Source of the DNA: an uncultured bacterium
GTDB taxonomy: Bacteria; Bacteroidota; Ignavibacteria; OLB7
NCBI GenBank assembly: GCA_966128725.1
Contig: CBHYLN010000003.1
Span: forward strand, 17,177-81,176
Direction: 5' to 3'
Length of the DNA: 64,000 nucleotides
Under the pieces are notes generated by a model, which did no database searches, had not been told where the DNA came from, and saw nothing but the letters and a program-made list of their open reading frames with translations. The position numbers and the translations under genes were made by a program. Every line of letters begins with the position of its first letter. Position 1 is the stretch's first letter. Positions 25,904 through 35,567 of the stretch are shown here, one piece after another.

Positions 25904-28900
25904 ATGGCAAACTTCACGCTCGATCAACAGAAGGCACACGACCCGCTTCGGCACCTGGCAATTACCGCCAACGCCGGCAGCGGTAAAACGCGCGTGCTGG
26001 TCAGCCGATACTGCGACCTTGTCGAGCTGTTCGGGGCCATGCCGGACCGCATCGCGGCCATCACATTTACGGAAAAGGCCGCCTCGGAACTGCGCGGAAA
26101 AATTGCCGGTGAGCTGGATAGCCGCCTGGCCAGCGACGACCACCGCCCGAACTGGGGGCGATTGAAACGCGCTCGCGAACGCTTCCCTTCGGCGATCGTC
26201 ACCACCATTCACGGCTTCTGCTCGCAGATGCTGCGCGAGTATCCAATTGAAGTTGGCGTGCCACCGAATTTCGGCATCGTGAGCGGTTATGAACGGCGGC
26301 GGATGCTGGACGAATCGCTGATGGAGGCGATCGAGGCCGCGCTGGAGCCGGAGTCGGCGGCATTCGACGTGGCGCGAAAAGTTGGGCGCGAGCGCATGGA
26401 GACGATCCTGCGCATGATGCTGGATAAGCGCGAGATCGTCGCCTACAGCCGGACGCACGGCGTGCTTGCAAACGAGCCGGCGGTTACCGTGCGCGGCTGG
26501 CTTGCCGCCATCGAGAAAGCCCTGCGCGCAATGCTTCTAGCGCCGGATGTTGAACGGGCCGTAACCATGATGGCCGGGCTGATGAAACCGGATAACGCGG
26601 CCGAGGCCCTGCAAGGGCTTGCCGACCTGCGGGCCGCCCGCGATATCGACGACATCATCCTGCGCGCCGGCGAACTCCGAACGCTGCTGCTGACCAACGA
26701 CGGCAAACCGCGCAAACGCTCCTACCCTTCAAAGGACGTCGACTTCACGCTTGTGGAAATATGGGCGGCGGTTGTTGGCGGGGCGATGCGGCGGGCGGCA
26801 CGATTCATCGATTCCAGCGGTGACCCGGCCCTGCATAACGAACTGCTGGCCGATACCAGACTGCTGCTGGCATTGGCCGACGACGCGATACGGCGTTATG
26901 ATGCGCGCAAGAGTCGCGCGAACGCCCTGGACTTCGAGGACCTTCAACTTCGGCTGCTGGACGCGCTGGCAAGCGAGTCGTTCGCGGCGGAAATCCGCGA
27001 GCGATTCGATCACATCATGATCGACGAATTTCAGGACACCAACGAGCTGCAGTACGCCATCGCCCGCCGGATGCTGGCCGGGCTGGACGTGGGCCGCCTG
27101 TCCATCGTTGGCGATACGAAGCAATCGATCTACGGCTTCCGCAATGCCGATGTGGAGGTGTTCCACCAGGCAAGCCTGGAGATTGCCGACGGCAATACCC
27201 GGCTGGGCCGCACAACGGCGCCACTTCGGTTCCGGAGCGAGGAAATCGAACCAGGCAACAACACCGAAGCCGGCGGCGTTATCAAGCTTACGGCCTCGTT
27301 CCGGCTTCTGCCCTCGATATGCGCATACGTAAACGAGGCCTGTGCCCCCATCCTGATACGCCGCGAGGCCACGGGGTTTGGCGTTGACTACGAACCGTTG
27401 GTGTGCGCACGGCGATCGGCCGGCCGTGGGCGCGTGGAGTTCATCCTGGCAACACCGTCGGATGCCCAGGCCGAGGATTCGGCCAACGAGCCGATCCTGC
27501 CGGCACCGCATGTGGACGAGCCCGATGCCGCAACGGAGGCGGCGACGTTGGAGCCGGAGATGATCGCGCGCCGCATCGCCTGGCTGGTGAACGGCGGCGA
27601 ACAGGTTGTGTGGGATACGCCGGCCGATGGGGTGGCCGAGGCCGCCCGCGCTGCTCGCTGGGGTGATGTGGCGATCCTTTGCCGCAAACGATCGATGTTC
27701 GAGGCTATCGAACAGGCATTGCGCGCGCACGGCATACCGTTTGCCACACACGGCGGCTCCGGGTTCTACCGCACGCAGGAGATATACGACATGCTCAACT
27801 ATCTCCGTGCAATCCTGAACGCGCGCGACGACATCGCCCTGATTGGCGTACTGCGTTCACCGATGTTCGCCGTTTCCGACGCCGAGATCTATCGGCTGAC
27901 GCTCGCTGCCGGTAACGAGGGCCACGATCTCTGGTCGCGCGCAATGCACCGCGTACGGAGCGGCACCGCCGCCGAATCGCTGGCACGCGCAACCGAGGCA
28001 ATCGAGGAGGACCGCGCAATGGCGGGCCGGATTCCGGCATCGTTGCTGTTGAAGCGTGCAATCGAGCGCACCGGCTGGCGCGGTACGGTGATTGGCGCCG
28101 AGCGTGGAGAGCAGAACCTGGCCAACGTGGAGAAGCTTCTGGAACTCGCGCGCGAGTACGAGGCGCGCGGGTTCACCAACCTGTTCGACCTCGTGGAACG
28201 GATCGGCGAGATGGTGGAGGTTGGCGAGATGGAGGGCGAGGCGCCGCTGAACACCGGGCGCGACGCCGTGCACCTGATGACGATGCATGCCGCCAAGGGG
28301 CTGGAGTTCCCTGTTGTTGTGCTCCCCTCACTACATGCGCCCACGCGTACATCAACCGAACCGTTCTTCGACAAGGACCTTGGTTTTGGGTGGACGTGGC
28401 GATTCAATCATCGCGAGTATCGGCCGGCCATCACCGCGTTGATGGGAATGCGCGCAACCGAACGCGAGCGCGCCGAGGAAGCACGGCTGTTCTACGTGGC
28501 CACAACCCGGGCACGCGATCTGCTGATTGCATCGGGCGAATACGATAGCGAACATCCACCCTCAGGGACAATGCTGGAATGGGCCTTGTCGCCGCTTGCT
28601 GCAATCCCCGACGGCAACACCGATGTGCCCCTGGCCGGTGCATCGCTCGGTTTTCTGGACCCGGATGGTGTGACGCTGCGCACGGAGAACTGGGAGCAGC
28701 AAGCCGGGGTCTGGCGCGCGATACCACCGCCCCCGGCCGATCTCGCCGAGAAGCTTACGCCGTTGCCGTTTCGGTCGGCCGCGTTGCGCATCGGTGAGCT
28801 CCCGGCACGCGCGCGCGGCGAGATCTATTCGGCCACGCAGTTTCTGGTGTACCATCAATGCCCAAGCAAGTACTATCTGAAGTATCGCCTTGGCATGCCC

Positions 28901-29644
28901 GAGGAGATCGCCGAAGGATACATGGCAACGGACGATGCGGAGCCGGACACCGACGATGGGCTGCCGTTCGCCCGGTTGTTCCGCATTGTCGCCGAACGGC
29001 TCGACAGGGCAGTGGACCCAGCAACCGGGCGCCTGCTGCGGGATGACGATGGCGTGGCGATCGGGCTGGAACGCCTGGTAACCGATGCCCTGCGCATGGA
29101 ACCGCTTTCGCCGGCCGACGCGGCACGGCATCGGGCACGCCTGACCGCGACGTTCACCAACCTCGACGAGTCGGATGCCGCACGCGCAATCCTGTTTCCG
29201 CCCGGTGCGGAGGCGATGACCGCGATGGGCTACACTCTTCCATTCGACGCCGATTTCATCACGGGCCAGATCGACAGGGTATTGCGGACCAACAGCGGGG
29301 AGCTTGCGGCCGTGCAGTTCAAAACGCGCCGCGTTGGCCGCGACCGCCTGGCGGCAACGGCAGCGGAGTATCTGCCACAGCTTCGGATGTACGCCTATCT
29401 GCTGGCAGCGCGCAATCGCGCACAGCAGGCAATCACATGCTCCGTTGTGTTCACCGAACACCCCGACGCCCCGCAGGCCTATACGTTTTCACGGTTCGAC
29501 ATCCGCCGCATCGAGGATGAGATCCGTACGGCTATCGAGCATATTCGCGCAATCACCTATTCGGGCCGCCACGATCTTCCAACCACCACGCCTCATTGCC
29601 GGTCGTGCGCCTACTGGGTGGAAGGGCGGTGTTTCCTTGGCTGA
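25904..29644 (+). CDS. UvrD/REP-family helicase fused to a PD-(D/E)XK (RecB/AddB-like) nuclease with an Fe-S cysteine cluster.
   Basis: Starts MANFTLDQQKAHDPLRHLAITANAGSGKTRVL (Walker A). UvrD helicase motifs throughout. C-terminal nuclease: …HQCPSKYYLKYRLG… plus terminal CRSCAYWVEGRC. ATG at 25904; the upstream part of ORF 25715.. is read-through. Confidence 0.85.
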   Translation: MANFTLDQQKAHDPLRHLAITANAGSGKTRVLVSRYCDLVELFGAMPDRIAAITFTEKAASELRGKIAGELDSRLASDDHRPNWGRLKRARERFPSAIVTTIHGFCSQMLREYPIEVGVPPNFGIVSGYERRRMLDESLMEAIEAALEPESAAFDVARKVGRERMETILRMMLDKREIVAYSRTHGVLANEPAVTVRGWLAAIEKALRAMLLAPDVERAVTMMAGLMKPDNAAEALQGLADLRAARDIDDIILRAGELRTLLLTNDGKPRKRSYPSKDVDFTLVEIWAAVVGGAMRRAARFIDSSGDPALHNELLADTRLLLALADDAIRRYDARKSRANALDFEDLQLRLLDALASESFAAEIRERFDHIMIDEFQDTNELQYAIARRMLAGLDVGRLSIVGDTKQSIYGFRNADVEVFHQASLEIADGNTRLGRTTAPLRFRSEEIEPGNNTEAGGVIKLTASFRLLPSICAYVNEACAPILIRREATGFGVDYEPLVCARRSAGRGRVEFILATPSDAQAEDSANEPILPAPHVDEPDAATEAATLEPEMIARRIAWLVNGGEQVVWDTPADGVAEAARAARWGDVAILCRKRSMFEAIEQALRAHGIPFATHGGSGFYRTQEIYDMLNYLRAILNARDDIALIGVLRSPMFAVSDAEIYRLTLAAGNEGHDLWSRAMHRVRSGTAAESLARATEAIEEDRAMAGRIPASLLLKRAIERTGWRGTVIGAERGEQNLANVEKLLELAREYEARGFTNLFDLVERIGEMVEVGEMEGEAPLNTGRDAVHLMTMHAAKGLEFPVVVLPSLHAPTRTSTEPFFDKDLGFGWTWRFNHREYRPAITALMGMRATERERAEEARLFYVATTRARDLLIASGEYDSEHPPSGTMLEWALSPLAAIPDGNTDVPLAGASLGFLDPDGVTLRTENWEQQAGVWRAIPPPPADLAEKLTPLPFRSAALRIGELPARARGEIYSATQFLVYHQCPSKYYLKYRLGMPEEIAEGYMATDDAEPDTDDGLPFARLFRIVAERLDRAVDPATGRLLRDDDGVAIGLERLVTDALRMEPLSPADAARHRARLTATFTNLDESDAARAILFPPGAEAMTAMGYTLPFDADFITGQIDRVLRTNSGELAAVQFKTRRVGRDRLAATAAEYLPQLRMYAYLLAARNRAQQAITCSVVFTEHPDAPQAYTFSRFDIRRIEDEIRTAIEHIRAITYSGRHDLPTTTPHCRSCAYWVEGRCFLG

Positions 29645-29741
29645 GATTTCCTCATAACACGCCGCGCCGGCCGCCCATTGATTGCGCCGAGAACGTTTCA
29701 GCAGCAGCCGAACGAAGCGGCACAGGAGCCAGGAAATACAA

Positions 29742-29776
29742 GCGGGGAGCGCTCCTGTTGATGAGCGCTCCCCGCT
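29742..29776. terminator. Bidirectional terminator between convergent helicase-nuclease and PBP1A genes.
   Basis: Perfect 13-bp stem GCGGGGAGCGCTC / GAGCGCTCCCCGC with a 9-nt loop. T-rich on the minus side (TTGTATTT) and TGAATGTGTT on the plus side. Confidence 0.6.
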
Positions 29777-29805
29777 GAATGTGTTCCGAGAAATTGCGTT
29801 GACGA

Positions 29806-32103
29806 TCAGGGAGGATTTTTTCCCTGCCCGAAATTCTTGTCCTGTTCGCCACCGCCCAGCGCGTTCGCCTTGTCGTCGGGCACGGTTGCGTCGGGTTTGT
29901 CGCCACCATCTCCGGAGCCGTCGCCCTCGCCGATCACCTCCCCTTCACCCGAGCCGATCACGTCCTGCGGCACTTCGCTGTTCTCAAGAGGTTCGCTGTC
30001 GTAGTTATACGGCAGGCGATCGTACGATCGGGTTTTATCACCCACAAACTCCCGCTGGTCGTACGGCAGGCGATCGTCCTTGTACACCTTCGCCATGAAA
30101 CGCCCCCACACGGGCGCGGCGGCCTTGCCACCCTGGCCGTACCAGCCGGTAAACTTGATCCGGTGGTCGTCGAACCCGATCCACACGCCGGCCACAAGCT
30201 CCGGGGTATATCCCACGAACCAGGCATCGGCGAAGTCCTGGGTGGTGCCGGTCTTGCCGGCGGCCGGGTAGTTGAACCACCGACGAATGGTGGTCGCGGT
30301 ACCGCCATCCACCACACCGCGCATCATCGACACCATTTGCGCGGCGATCTTGGGCTGGAGCACCTCGTGCATGGCCGGCTTGGCCTGGTAGATAACGTGG
30401 CCGTACCGATCCTCGATCTTCTGGATGAAGGTGGGCTCCACATAGATCCCCTCGTTGGGGAATGTACCGTAGGCTCCGGTCAGCTCCAGCGGCGTGACCT
30501 CCGAGCTTCCCAGAGCAATCGACGGCAACTCCGGAATCGGCGACTTGATGCCCATCTCCTTGGCAAGCTGTATTACCTTCGCGGGCGATGTCTTCTCCAG
30601 AATCAAACGGGCAGCAACGGTGTTCACCGAGTACTTCAGCGCGCTGCGCAGCGTCATGTAGCCGCCGCCGCCCTTGGGCCGCCACACGCCGCCGCCCGGC
30701 ATGCGGTACACCACCGGCGCCGCCGAAATGCCGGAGCCGGGATTCATCCCGCCTTCCAGCGCCGAGGCGTACACAAACGGCTTGAATGCCGAACCAGGCT
30801 GGCGCCGGATCTGCGTCACGTGATTCAGACCACGCCCGGACGTTATGTCGTTGCCGCCAACCATGGCGCGCACAAATCCGGTTTTGGGTTCGATCGCCAC
30901 GAAGCCGCACTCGATCTGTGTTGCCTCGCGTTTCACCGAATCGATGAACGCCGGATCGCTTGTCATCTCCTGCATCACGCGGGCGCGTTCGTCCTCGTTG
31001 AGCGCTGCCCGGTAGCGGTCGCTTTCGCGCACCGCGCGTGTCACGATCGATTTCAGCAGCCCTTCCTTGCGGCGCCACGACCACGTTCGGCCGAACAGAC
31101 GCTGGAACTCCTCGAGATGTTCGCGGACAGCCTCGTTGGCGTATTTCTGCATGCGGCTGTCGAGCGTGGTATAAATCACCAGACCATCGCGGTACAGGTT
31201 GTAGCCCTGCAGCTTCGGATCCTTCGCCAGGCTCAGGCGCACGGCCTCAACGAAGTGCGACGCGATGCCCACCTCGCGCTTTTTCTTGACGAACACGATC
31301 TGCTTTTTCGAGAGTGTGTCGTAGGCGCGACCGGAGAGATACCCTACCTGCGACATCAGATCCAGCACTGTATTGCGCCGTTCCACCGCACGATCATAAT
31401 GCTGATCGGCATCGTAGTTCTCGGGCGCCTTCAACACGCCCACCAGATATGCGCACTCATCCACCGAAAGATCGATCGGGCGCTTGCCGAAGTAGATTTC
31501 AGCGGCAACCTGAATGCCGTATGCGCCGTGACCGAAGTACACCGCATTGGCGTACATCTCGATGATCTCGTTCTTGGTGTAGGTGCGCTCGATCTGCACG
31601 GCGGTGAACTGCTCGCGCAGCTTGCGGCTGACGGTGACTTCCTGGGAGAGATACAGGTTACGCGCCAACTGCTGCGTGATGGTACTGGCACCTTCCTTCG
31701 CCAGGTTCATCGACATCACGTTCTTCACAACCGCCTTCACGATACGCTCCAGATTCACGCCCCAGTGATCGTAGAATTTCTGATCCTCGGTAGCAATCAA
31801 CGCGTCAACAAACGCGCGGGGGATGGAGTCGAACCGGATGTAGCTGCGGTTATGCACATAGAACATGTCCAACGGCTGCCCGTCGGCCGTGAAGATGCGC
31901 GTGGAGAGATCGGCGCGGGGGTTTTCCAGCTCCTCAAGCGACGGAAGCCCGCTGATGATCTCCACAACGTAGAGCGACACGGCAACCAGCAGGAACAGAA
32001 CCACGATGCCCGTGATCCCCGCCGCCGAGCGCAGGCTCGAAAGGCGCAATCCGGGCTTCTTCTGTGGCTCACCTGCTGGGATCGGCGTATAGGATGTGCT
32101 CAT
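29806..32103 (-). CDS. mrcA: Penicillin-binding protein 1A (bifunctional glycosyltransferase/transpeptidase).
   Basis: N-terminal TM anchor. GT51 motifs (EDQKFYDHWGVN, TITQQLARN). Transpeptidase SxxK in the PGSAFKPFVYA segment. Ends in a Gly/Asp/Glu-rich low-complexity tail. ATG at 32103 (MSTSYTP…). Confidence 0.9.
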   Translation of the reverse strand: MSTSYTPIPAGEPQKKPGLRLSSLRSAAGITGIVVLFLLVAVSLYVVEIISGLPSLEELENPRADLSTRIFTADGQPLDMFYVHNRSYIRFDSIPRAFVDALIATEDQKFYDHWGVNLERIVKAVVKNVMSMNLAKEGASTITQQLARNLYLSQEVTVSRKLREQFTAVQIERTYTKNEIIEMYANAVYFGHGAYGIQVAAEIYFGKRPIDLSVDECAYLVGVLKAPENYDADQHYDRAVERRNTVLDLMSQVGYLSGRAYDTLSKKQIVFVKKKREVGIASHFVEAVRLSLAKDPKLQGYNLYRDGLVIYTTLDSRMQKYANEAVREHLEEFQRLFGRTWSWRRKEGLLKSIVTRAVRESDRYRAALNEDERARVMQEMTSDPAFIDSVKREATQIECGFVAIEPKTGFVRAMVGGNDITSGRGLNHVTQIRRQPGSAFKPFVYASALEGGMNPGSGISAAPVVYRMPGGGVWRPKGGGGYMTLRSALKYSVNTVAARLILEKTSPAKVIQLAKEMGIKSPIPELPSIALGSSEVTPLELTGAYGTFPNEGIYVEPTFIQKIEDRYGHVIYQAKPAMHEVLQPKIAAQMVSMMRGVVDGGTATTIRRWFNYPAAGKTGTTQDFADAWFVGYTPELVAGVWIGFDDHRIKFTGWYGQGGKAAAPVWGRFMAKVYKDDRLPYDQREFVGDKTRSYDRLPYNYDSEPLENSEVPQDVIGSGEGEVIGEGDGSGDGGDKPDATVPDDKANALGGGEQDKNFGQGKNPP

Positions 32104-32183
32104 CGTAATCGTTAGACGTACAGAATTCGCGGAGTAACGAGCCGGGCCAACGGGGCAAACTTCGTGAATCGCGCAACGTGGGG

Positions 32184-32211
32184 CAATTGTGCCGCACCAA
32201 TTGTGCCGCAC
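32184..32211 (+). repeat. Tandem direct repeat (CAATTGTGCCGCAC)x2 in the dapD-mrcA intergenic region.
   Basis: ggggCAATTGTGCCGCACCAATTGTGCCGCACCaatcg is two exact 14-bp units in tandem, in the presumed mrcA promoter region. Confidence 0.8.
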
Positions 32212-32355
32212 CAATCGTCAGCCGATCAGTGCGTGCAACCGCACTTCCGCGCATGGCACGTTGGGCAGGCATTGGGGAATACACGTTGCGCGAGACGGCA
32301 TGTTACCGTGTTGGCCACCCCACCGCATGGGCTGCAAACAGCGCGTGCGGTGCAA

Positions 32356-33210
32356 TCAGCGCAGCGCGCCTTCCAGAGCGGTGCGCGCGTCGGTACGGTC
32401 ATCCCGGTACTTGACGATGATTGGCGCGGCGATCGCCAGCCCATGTTCCTCGGCGAAAGCGCCGCGCACGCGCCGCGTACCGCCAACAACAACGGCCCCT
32501 TCGGGGATTTCCAACGGGCTATCGGCGGAACCGGCAAACACGCGATCGTTCACCACATCGTACACACGCGACGACGCGGTGAGCACAACCCCGGCTGCAA
32601 GCACCGCACGGCGACGCACGATGGTGCCCTCGTACACACCACAATTGCCCCCTACGAGCACCTCATCCTCAACAATCACCGGATTGGCGCCCACGGGTTC
32701 CAATACGCCGCCAATCTGCGCGGCAGCGCTTACATGCACTCCCCGACCAATCTGGGCACAGGTGCCAACCAGCGCGTGCGAATCCACCATGCTGCCCTCG
32801 CCCACATACGCCCCGATATTGATATACATGGGCGGCATGCAGATAACACCAGGCGCCACATACGCACCGTCACGGATGGCCGAACCGCCCGGCACCAGCC
32901 GAACGTTGTCGGACGGAGCCAAGGTCCGCATGGGAAGGTTCTCCTTGTCGAAGAACGAGAAACCGCCGGTGGATACATCGGCCAGGCGACCCGCACGGAA
33001 CCCGACCAGGATGCCCTGCTTAACCCAGCCGTTGACACGCCATCCCCCGTTGCCATCGGGTTCGGCCGAGCGAATTGTTCCGTGGTTCAGCCCGTCCTTC
33101 AATTCGGAAAAGGCCGCGTTTGCCTCGTCCAAAGGCAGATCGGCAACCGGCAACGCATAAAGCTGTTCGATTCGCTGCTGAAGATTGTTCATGGGATTGG
33201 CGTAATCCAT
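32356..33210 (-). CDS. dapD: 2,3,4,5-tetrahydropyridine-2,6-dicarboxylate N-succinyltransferase.
   Basis: DapD N-terminal domain followed by left-handed beta-helix hexapeptide repeats (…[40 protein letters not shown]…). Confidence 0.9.
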   Translation of the reverse strand: MDYANPMNNLQQRIEQLYALPVADLPLDEANAAFSELKDGLNHGTIRSAEPDGNGGWRVNGWVKQGILVGFRAGRLADVSTGGFSFFDKENLPMRTLAPSDNVRLVPGGSAIRDGAYVAPGVICMPPMYINIGAYVGEGSMVDSHALVGTCAQIGRGVHVSAAAQIGGVLEPVGANPVIVEDEVLVGGNCGVYEGTIVRRRAVLAAGVVLTASSRVYDVVNDRVFAGSADSPLEIPEGAVVVGGTRRVRGAFAEEHGLAIAAPIIVKYRDDRTDARTALEGALR

Positions 33211-33489
33211 GCGGGAAGAAATGTATGTGCCATGGGGATAACCGAAAGCGGCGCTGCCGCATCAACCATGTACCGCGAAGCGGACAAAGATCGTTAGTAT
33301 TCGGCCACGGTACGCGGTTCAAACAATCTATTTCACCCGTGCGCTACCAGCGAGCCGCTTGGGCTGGTTCAACCGGAAGTTGCCGCCGAGCGGATCCGCG
33401 CGTAGCGCCGGGCCTGGCCCAATGACGCGGGCAAATGCCGCCTGAAGCAGCGGGCGCAATCACATGAACGCAATCGCGAGGAGTCAACC

Positions 33490-34176
33490 ATGGAACGGAG
33501 GCAATTGATCGATCTCAGCCACGAAATCGAGGAAGGGATGATCACCTACAAGGGGCTGCCAGCGCCGATCATGTGCGACTTCCTGAGCCGTGGGGCATCG
33601 GCGGCGCATTATGCCGACGGGGTCACATTTCAGATCGGCAAAATCGAGATGGTGGCGAACACCGGCACGTATGTGGATTCGCCGTTTCACCGCTATGTAC
33701 ACGGGGCCGATCTGGCGGGTTTGGCGTTGGAGTCGCTTGCCGATCTCCCGGGAATTGTTGTGCACGTGGATGCAAGCCTGGGGCGAGCTGTTGATGCCGA
33801 AACATTCGCCGGATTGGATGTCGACGGTATGGCGGTACTAGTGTGCACCGGGTGGGACCGACATTGGCGCACCGACGCATACTTCGAGGGGCACCCGTTC
33901 CTTACACAGGCGGCAGCCCGGTATCTCGTGGACCACGGGGCGGCGCTTGTGGGCATCGATTCGTATAACATCGACGATACGGACAACCCTGCGAGGCCGG
34001 CGCATTCGGTGATTCTGGGAGAGGGAATCCCGATCGTGGAGCACATGTGCAATCTGTCCGCACTGCCGGATACGGGATTCCGGTTTCACGCCGTGCCGGC
34101 AAAAGTGCGGGCATTTGGATCGTGGCCGGTACGCGCCTACGCTGTATTGCCGAACCAGTCGGGCGAAGGCAAATAG
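33490..34176 (+). CDS. Cyclase-family protein (kynurenine formamidase-like).
   Basis: Cyclase-family signatures (HxGTHxDxPxH-like segment TGTYVDSPFHRY, and GIDSYNID). Confidence 0.8.
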   Translation: MERRQLIDLSHEIEEGMITYKGLPAPIMCDFLSRGASAAHYADGVTFQIGKIEMVANTGTYVDSPFHRYVHGADLAGLALESLADLPGIVVHVDASLGRAVDAETFAGLDVDGMAVLVCTGWDRHWRTDAYFEGHPFLTQAAARYLVDHGAALVGIDSYNIDDTDNPARPAHSVILGEGIPIVEHMCNLSALPDTGFRFHAVPAKVRAFGSWPVRAYAVLPNQSGEGK

Positions 34177-34223
34177 ACCGCGATTTTGCGAATTGGGGAA
34201 GGATTGGTGGCTGGTATACAACA

Positions 34224-34256
34224 AGCGTGGGTAGGAACATCGTCCCTACCCACGCT
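34224..34256. terminator. Bidirectional terminator between convergent cyclase and lexA genes.
   Basis: Perfect 12-bp stem AGCGTGGGTAGG / CCTACCCACGCT with a 9-nt loop, followed by TTTGG on the plus side and TTGTTGTAT on the minus side. Confidence 0.6.
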
Positions 34257-34475
34257 TTGGCTCCAGTCGGGTGTGATGGTGAACACTCGGATAACCAGAC
34301 TTCAGGTGCCAACTCGGAGGGCTCAGGGCGCCAACAGTTGCATGTGGTAATGCACCGTCGGACCCGCAATCCCACTCCCGGCCATCCGGGCAACTTCCCT
34401 CCGGACACGGTACCGCGGCAGACACGGCACTCGTGGCATCAAAACAAACCTCAGCGCCGATCCGATGAAAGCATA

Positions 34476-35153
34476 TCAGCGCGAACCGGGACGACGAAAC
34501 TTTTCGATGGACAGGGCGGCAACCAATACGCCCTGGATGCGGACGATATCAGCCGGATAGGTGCGCGCACGATACGCGCTGTTGGCCGGCTGCAGGCGGA
34601 CAAGGCCATCTTCGAGAAACACCTGCTTCAGCGTGCTGCCCTCCCCCTCAACCCAGACCGCGCAGATGTCCCCATACTTCGGTGTGATCTCCGGGCGGAT
34701 CACCACGTACTGCCCTGGCGTAAGACCGGCTTCGATCATCGAGTCCCCGCTTACCGACAGGAAGAAGTCACCGGGTTGAAGATCCGGTATCAAATCATCC
34801 AGACGGTCGATACGCGTTACCGATTCGTCGGCAAGCACTTCCGACAATGGGCCGGCGGGAATGGTGCCAAGCAGTGCCCACGATGAGCTGAACAGACGCT
34901 GAGCCATGTCGGTCAGGCGAATCCCCAGCGGCTTTCCCTGCCCCGTGCGAACCAACTCCACATACCCCTTCTTCTCCATGAGATGCAGGTGCTGATATGC
35001 GGGCGAAGGATCCTTGAAGCGAAACCGCGTCGCGATCTCCGGACCAGTAGGGGTGCGGCCCATACGGTCGCGGAACTCGACAAGGTACTCCAGGATTTCG
35101 CGTTGACGGGACGTGAGCACAACCAATACCCTTAAACTTATGGGTACAAACAT
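34476..35153 (-). CDS. lexA: LexA repressor (SOS-response transcriptional repressor, S24 peptidase).
   Basis: N-terminal winged HTH (LTSRQREILEYL…MEKKGYVELVRTG). C-terminal S24 domain with catalytic Ser (VSGDSMIEAGL) and Lys (TLKQVF). ATG at 35153; an in-frame GTG at 35120 would give the canonical M-LTSRQ N-terminus. Confidence 0.85.
   Translation of the reverse strand: MFVPISLRVLVVLTSRQREILEYLVEFRDRMGRTPTGPEIATRFRFKDPSPAYQHLHLMEKKGYVELVRTGQGKPLGIRLTDMAQRLFSSSWALLGTIPAGPLSEVLADESVTRIDRLDDLIPDLQPGDFFLSVSGDSMIEAGLTPGQYVVIRPEITPKYGDICAVWVEGEGSTLKQVFLEDGLVRLQPANSAYRARTYPADIVRIQGVLVAALSIEKFRRPGSR
35127..35147. promoter_or_regulatory. Imperfect palindrome TACCC-N10-GGGTA(C) overlapping the lexA translation start. 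Candidate operator.
   Basis: tacccttaaacttatgggtac, with a second GGGTAC at 35165-35170. It shares GTACCC/GGGTAC half-sites with the 3083 and 24656 palindromes but has different spacing. Confidence 0.25.
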
Positions 35154-35567
35154 ACGGCGTTCAGGGTACGGAGTCAAGCACTATTTAGAGCCGGTCACAC
35201 TTTTCTCAGAACGTCGTCGCGGTGTCAAAGAGCTGCAAAACATGCGATTTTAGCGCATTTAGGGACCTCGTTTCGATGACCCGCCCTCGCATGCCGGATA
35301 TTGGCGCGGCGCAGGACAGTCATTCGGAGCGGATCCAAAGATAGGGCATCCACGATTAATACCCAAAGCTCAAAGGGTGTTTATTTGAACTCCCACAAAG
35401 AAAGTTGGGGTCGGAGAAACGTACGTGATGGATGGAGCGGCTAGGGCAACGGTGGCAGGATGGGATTGTACGAAATCGGTTGCCGGAATGCAATTCACTG
35501 GCTGGCGCCCGTGGTGCGAACGCCTGCGATGGCATGAAACTGATCCCGTTACGATACCATGATCGCG

